From: Gemmatales bacterium
Lineage (GTDB): Bacteria > Planctomycetota > Planctomycetia > Gemmatales > Gemmataceae
Direction: 5' to 3'
Assembly (NCBI GenBank): GCA_038211045.1
Contig: JBBQWA010000001.1
Span: 1 to 51,831 of the forward strand
Length of the DNA stretch: 51,831 nucleotides
The first letter of the stretch is position 1; every line of letters starts with the position of its first letter. Positions 47,839 to 51,831 of this stretch are shown here, piece after piece. Under the pieces are notes generated by a model. That model saw nothing but the letters and a program-made list of their open reading frames with translations. It made no database searches and was not told the DNA's origin. The position numbers were made by a program, and so were the translations under genes.

Positions 47839-48954
47839 ATGGAAGATTCCCCGGCAACGGAGCAGTTTCTCCAACGCCAGGCTTCTCGCCGATCGGCGGG
47901 GATACCCACGGTGGATGTTCTCGTCGGCCCGGTGGGCCTCGCCCGCCGCGCATCGAAGCGGTTCCACATCCATCGACCAATACGCGAAATTTCGGGGGAA
48001 CCGTGGCTGCCATTGCACGGGTTCTTGTCGCAACACGAACAGCAATTCCTCACGGCAGCTCTCGATTACTTGGCCCATCGCGGCGGCCGCGATCCGGAGC
48101 AATTCCAACGCGATTGGGCGAACAAGACGGAAGCGGATCGGAACGCTTTCTGGCAAACGCTCGCCCCCGAATCCGGCGACGACCTGCTGCGGAAGTCCAT
48201 GCAGCCGGGCGAACGCCCCCCCGAAGATATTCGCCCGCTGGTACAACTGAAGCTGCCGGGGTTCGCTTGGCCGGCTCTGTTCACCGTGCCCACTTCACGG
48301 GAAGACATACTGCGGTGGGGTTCGTTCGCGTTGGCAGAACCGCACCTCACCGTGTCGTTGGCAATATCGGAATTGCTCTGGCAGGAGTTCCGGCGAAGTG
48401 CGGGGAGTTCGCGGGCCGAAGCGGTTTTGTTCGAAGGGGAATTCCGATTGCCGCTGATGCCGCATGCGGAAGTGGAACGGGCCTTAATGGCCGGGGGAGT
48501 TCCGGAAGCCGTGGCCCGCGGGCTTTCCGCAGTGGCGGCGGATGCAGAGACTATCGCCGAGACCTTGCGCCTGTACCACGAGACGGCGACCCCGCCCGCC
48601 ACACCGGAATCCGACAGTCGTGCCCGCAGTGCTGCCGAGCAATACTTGTTCGATCGTTTGCAAGATTTGGCCGAAACCGCAGGTCGCTTCGAGCTGAACC
48701 CAACGATGGATTTCCACTTCCGAACCCGCCGCGCGGAAATCGACATGGTTTGCCGGGATCCGAAAATCGCCATCGAAGTGGACGGTTACTACCACTTCCG
48801 CGACGACGACGGCTACCGCCGGGATCGCGAGAAAGATTGGGTGTTGCAGAAGCGGGGGTTCCTCGTATTACGATTTCTGGCCGAGGATGTGACTCGCCAT
48901 TGGGATGAGATACGCGATCGGATTATGGAAGCCCTGCAAAGGAGCGAACGATGA
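47839..48954 (+). CDS. Protein with unrecognised N-terminal region (~270 aa) and C-terminal DUF559 (Vsr-like PD-(D/E)xK endonuclease) domain
   Basis: The C-terminal sequence SAAEQYLFDRLQDL...FELNPTMDFHFRTRRAEIDMVCRDPKIAIEVDGYYHFRDDDGYRRDREKDWVLQKRGFLVLRFLAEDV matches the DUF559 pattern (D-x(n)-IE.DG..H...D..R...L...G..VLRF...DV). Confidence 0.8.
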   Translation: MEDSPATEQFLQRQASRRSAGIPTVDVLVGPVGLARRASKRFHIHRPIREISGEPWLPLHGFLSQHEQQFLTAALDYLAHRGGRDPEQFQRDWANKTEADRNAFWQTLAPESGDDLLRKSMQPGERPPEDIRPLVQLKLPGFAWPALFTVPTSREDILRWGSFALAEPHLTVSLAISELLWQEFRRSAGSSRAEAVLFEGEFRLPLMPHAEVERALMAGGVPEAVARGLSAVAADAETIAETLRLYHETATPPATPESDSRARSAAEQYLFDRLQDLAETAGRFELNPTMDFHFRTRRAEIDMVCRDPKIAIEVDGYYHFRDDDGYRRDREKDWVLQKRGFLVLRFLAEDVTRHWDEIRDRIMEALQRSER

Positions 48955-50150
48955 CGGATACCGTGGAAACCCCGGAAGAACAACCGGCCGCAACGCCGGC
49001 ACCGATGAAAACGTTGAACGAGCATGTCAAGGAGATCATCGCGGCGGCCCCCAAGAAGGTGGCTTTCAAGGCGTTGAAGACCGCTTTGAAAAACGCGGGC
49101 GTGCCCACGACGGGCAAGGCCCGCGTGACCGATGCGGAAATTGAAGTCGCACTCGAGGCCGAGGGTATTTTCCAACATCCGCCGAAGAAGGAAGGCGGCA
49201 AGCCGGAATACTGGCACGCGAGATTCAAGTCTGCCGAGGAAATAGCCGCCGAGAAGGCGGCCAAGATCGCCGAAGCCCAGGCGAAGAAGGAAGCGGATGC
49301 GATCGAGAAGAAACGCCTCGCAGACGAAGCCAAAGTAGCCAAGGCAGCCGAGGCGAAGGCAAAGAAGGAGGCTGAGAAGGCACAGAAGCTTGCGGAGGCT
49401 GAGGAAAAGAAACGCCTCGCCGATGGAGTGAAGGCGGAGAAGAAACGCCTCGCCGAGGAAGCGAAGTTGAAAAAGGTCGGGGAGAAGCTTCGGGTGAAGG
49501 TTGACGGACTTGGCGATGCTCCCGTTCCGCTTTCCAAGTTGGGCAAACCCACTGTTAAGGCTGGCCCGGAAGCCGCCGCCGAGTTCGAACGTGTGTTGAA
49601 GGATTTGGTTGACAAGAAAAGACTGTTTGAACACAAGGGCGGCAAGTACGGCAAGATTGCGCCTCCGCCGCCGCCAGTTCCCAAGCAATGGTTCGAAGCA
49701 ACCCCGGCCAAGAAAGCACTCGACGCACTCGCCAAGGCAGCGAAAAAAGTCTTGGACATTAACGGCGCAACAGCGGATTATGTGTTGGACTTCGTACGCC
49801 GTGCATTGGACGAACCTGCAAACCCTAATCCGGTGCTTATCGCGGAATTGGACTTGGAGACATTTGCCAAGCGGGTTCTGGCAATTGCCGCGACAATCGA
49901 AAACGACGCCAAGCCCTATCCGGGAAAGGTGTATATCGCGGCCGCTTGGCATGCCACGCAACGGGATGCAGTGTTTCCCAAAATGACAATTGATGAATTC
50001 AAACGTCAACTGGTGGAAGCGAACCGGCAGCAACTGCTCGAATTGAGCCAAGCCACGGAAGTCCAAGACATGGACAAAAAACTACTCGAAGAATCCAAGA
50101 CTTTGCAGAACCAAACGACCTTCCAATTTCTCCGCACCGATGGAGTGTAA
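48951..50150 (+). CDS. Lys/Glu/Ala-rich coiled-coil repeat protein, function unknown
   Basis: The ATG overlaps the upstream stop (ATGA at 48951-48954). The central region AAEKAAKIAEAQAKKEADAIEKKRLADEAKVAKAAEAKAKKEAEKAQKLAEAEEKKRLADGVKAEKKRLAEEAKLKK is flanked by ordinary globular-looking N- and C-terminal parts. Confidence 0.75.
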   Translation: MTDTVETPEEQPAATPAPMKTLNEHVKEIIAAAPKKVAFKALKTALKNAGVPTTGKARVTDAEIEVALEAEGIFQHPPKKEGGKPEYWHARFKSAEEIAAEKAAKIAEAQAKKEADAIEKKRLADEAKVAKAAEAKAKKEAEKAQKLAEAEEKKRLADGVKAEKKRLAEEAKLKKVGEKLRVKVDGLGDAPVPLSKLGKPTVKAGPEAAAEFERVLKDLVDKKRLFEHKGGKYGKIAPPPPPVPKQWFEATPAKKALDALAKAAKKVLDINGATADYVLDFVRRALDEPANPNPVLIAELDLETFAKRVLAIAATIENDAKPYPGKVYIAAAWHATQRDAVFPKMTIDEFKRQLVEANRQQLLELSQATEVQDMDKKLLEESKTLQNQTTFQFLRTDGV

Positions 50151-50153
50151 GTC

Positions 50154-51831
50154 ATGGTTTCCAGCGTGAAAGAGGAGGATTCAACGAAAATGGATCACAT
50201 CGTCGATGCACGGTTGAAAGCGTTTCTCTCCCCGAACTCCCCGGAGATTTTCCACAGTGTGGCGACGCCGACCGCCATGTGGCGGCCGGATCCCTTCGAC
50301 ATCGATTCGATCCACTCCAAGGCGCGCGAGGCTTTCGCAAAGGTGTTAGCACGGGCGGGGCGTACGCACGCTCCTCCTTCGGGATCCGTGCTGGTGCTGC
50401 TAGGGGATGCGGGAAGTGGAAAGACACACCTCATGCGGGCATTCCGCAACCAGACACACACCTCAGGGAATGGCTATTGTGGCTACATGCAGATGACGAC
50501 CGAAACGGGCAGTTATTCCCGGTACATGCTCAACAATCTAATCTCCGATTTGGAGAAACCCCACACACCGGAAAGTACACGTACGAGTTTGAATCGATTA
50601 TCGTCATCGTTGCTGGAGAAAGTACCGGGTTTGAGCCAAAAAGATCGGGAACAATTTCGCGACGGCCCGGGGGAGGTTTCCGAGTTGGCCGATGAATATG
50701 TTGATCGCCTGAAAGAGTTGCCGGAATTTGGAACCTGCGACTTGTACTTGCTCCGGATTCTCATGCACCTAGAACGCAATGATAACAAAGTTCGTAGTCG
50801 TGCTCTCATGTGGCTGCGTTGCTTGGAAATGAAGGCGACCGACCGGCATTGGATCGGCGAAGCGGTGGCCAGAACTGACGATGCAGATCCCGATCGAACG
50901 ATACGGCATCTCGCCGAAATCATGCGGGCCGCGAGTGGATCGCCATTGGTATTGCTCATCGATCAACTCGAAGACATGAGCAAACAGGATCGGCCGACGG
51001 AGCGATTCCGCAAGATTGTGGATGCGATCACCGCATTGGCCGATCAGAATTCGAACGTCGTCGTGGTGATGGCCTGCCTAGAAGATTACTTCCGCTTGAA
51101 TGAAAAAGAGATTGGAACCGCCAAGCAACAACGCTTGATGAACGATCCACCGCCCGTCATCATGCGAGCGAGTCGCTCGGTGGCAGATATTCGGGCGATG
51201 GCAGTTAACCGTTTGCAATACCTTTACGACGAAGCGGGGGTCGAAGGCAATTTCAAGGATACGCTGTACCCTTTCTCCGAAAAAGACATTGCGGAACTCG
51301 CCGGGATTTCACCCCGGGAAGTATTGTTGAATTTCTTGCGGCACCATCAGCGCTGTATTTCGGAAGGCTGTTGGATCCAACCCTGGGTTGGGAAGAATCC
51401 ACCAATTATAAATGCCGATTCGCTCACTCCCATTTGGAATGACTTCTTCAACGGCTTCACCTTTTCCCCGGATGAACTCGACGAAGAAAATGAATATGCT
51501 GCGGCCATTGCCTCGGCGGTGCGGAACATCGCGCCGGAACTCCCCGAAGGTAACCACTTCGGCACACCGCAATCGGATGGCCGATATCTCGAACTCGAGC
51601 TTCAACAACCCGATGATGGCATCGCCAAGCTCCTCGTGGCGGTCTGCAATAAAGGCGGCCAAGGTCGCGGTTTGCTAAACGAGTTGATCGACGTGGAGAA
51701 GCGTGCCGGAGACATTCCGGTTTCCATTGTTCGGACGATCAACTTCCCGCGAACCGGCCAAGCGTTGGAAAAGCTCGGCAAAATGCTGAAGCAACAAGGC
51801 CGTTCCGTGGTCATTCCCGATTCCGATTGGC
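50154..51831 (+). CDS. P-loop NTPase (AAA/STAND-like), C-terminus cut by right window edge
   Basis: My own translation from the ATG at 50154, 3 nt after the upstream stop: MVSSVKEEDSTKMDHIVDARLKAF... Walker A is VLVLLGDAGSGKTHLMRAF (nt ~50403-50426). Walker B is SPLVLLIDQLEDM. A sensor-like strand NVVVVMACLEDYF follows. The frame is open to the last base, so it is absent from the ORF track. Confidence 0.8.
   Translation, partial: MVSSVKEEDSTKMDHIVDARLKAFLSPNSPEIFHSVATPTAMWRPDPFDIDSIHSKAREAFAKVLARAGRTHAPPSGSVLVLLGDAGSGKTHLMRAFRNQTHTSGNGYCGYMQMTTETGSYSRYMLNNLISDLEKPHTPESTRTSLNRLSSSLLEKVPGLSQKDREQFRDGPGEVSELADEYVDRLKELPEFGTCDLYLLRILMHLERNDNKVRSRALMWLRCLEMKATDRHWIGEAVARTDDADPDRTIRHLAEIMRAASGSPLVLLIDQLEDMSKQDRPTERFRKIVDAITALADQNSNVVVVMACLEDYFRLNEKEIGTAKQQRLMNDPPPVIMRASRSVADIRAMAVNRLQYLYDEAGVEGNFKDTLYPFSEKDIAELAGISPREVLLNFLRHHQRCISEGCWIQPWVGKNPPIINADSLTPIWNDFFNGFTFSPDELDEENEYAAAIASAVRNIAPELPEGNHFGTPQSDGRYLELELQQPDDGIAKLLVAVCNKGGQGRGLLNELIDVEKRAGDIPVSIVRTINFPRTGQALEKLGKMLKQQGRSVVIPDSDW

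Overview
High-GC chromosomal segment with a planctomycete (Gemmataceae-like) gene repertoire: DUF1559 proteins with prepilin-type N-termini, a DUF1592/DUF1552 pair, DUF1573, PEP-CTERM and autotransporter-repeat proteins. I call about 41 protein-coding genes or remnants, one tRNA-Arg(CCT), one clear intrinsic terminator and two palindromic repeat loci. Two genes are cut by the window edges, lack a stop codon, and are therefore missing from the supplied ORF track. I saw no rRNA, CRISPR array, integrase or transposase. Many long ORF-track entries are antisense or out-of-frame shadow ORFs typical of high-GC DNA. Housekeeping anchors are ilvE, hemA with a hemX-like gene, comF, a class I/II aminotransferase and a YdeP-type molybdoenzyme. 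The four most interesting loci follow. (1) 13422-18534: a P1B-type ATPase fused in frame to an HflK-like SPFH domain, followed by two further SPFH paralogues with overlapping start/stop codons. (2) 11853-13380: an A/T-richer two-gene islet encoding a stand-alone PNP/MTAN-fold nucleosidase with intact catalytic motifs and an unrecognisable partner, just upstream of an orphan FHA-GAF histidine kinase. (3) 47839-51831: a tightly coupled operon of a DUF559 (Vsr-like nuclease) protein, a Lys/Glu/Ala-rich repeat protein and a P-loop NTPase, truncated by the window end. (4) Smaller oddities: an in-frame TAG in a DUF1552 gene, an in-frame palindromic insertion in the YdeP gene, a MITE-like inverted repeat upstream of hemX/hemA, a tRNA with two acceptor-stem mismatches, and a roughly 1 kb ORF-poor gap. 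All functional calls rest on motif and family recognition by eye; no database search was run.
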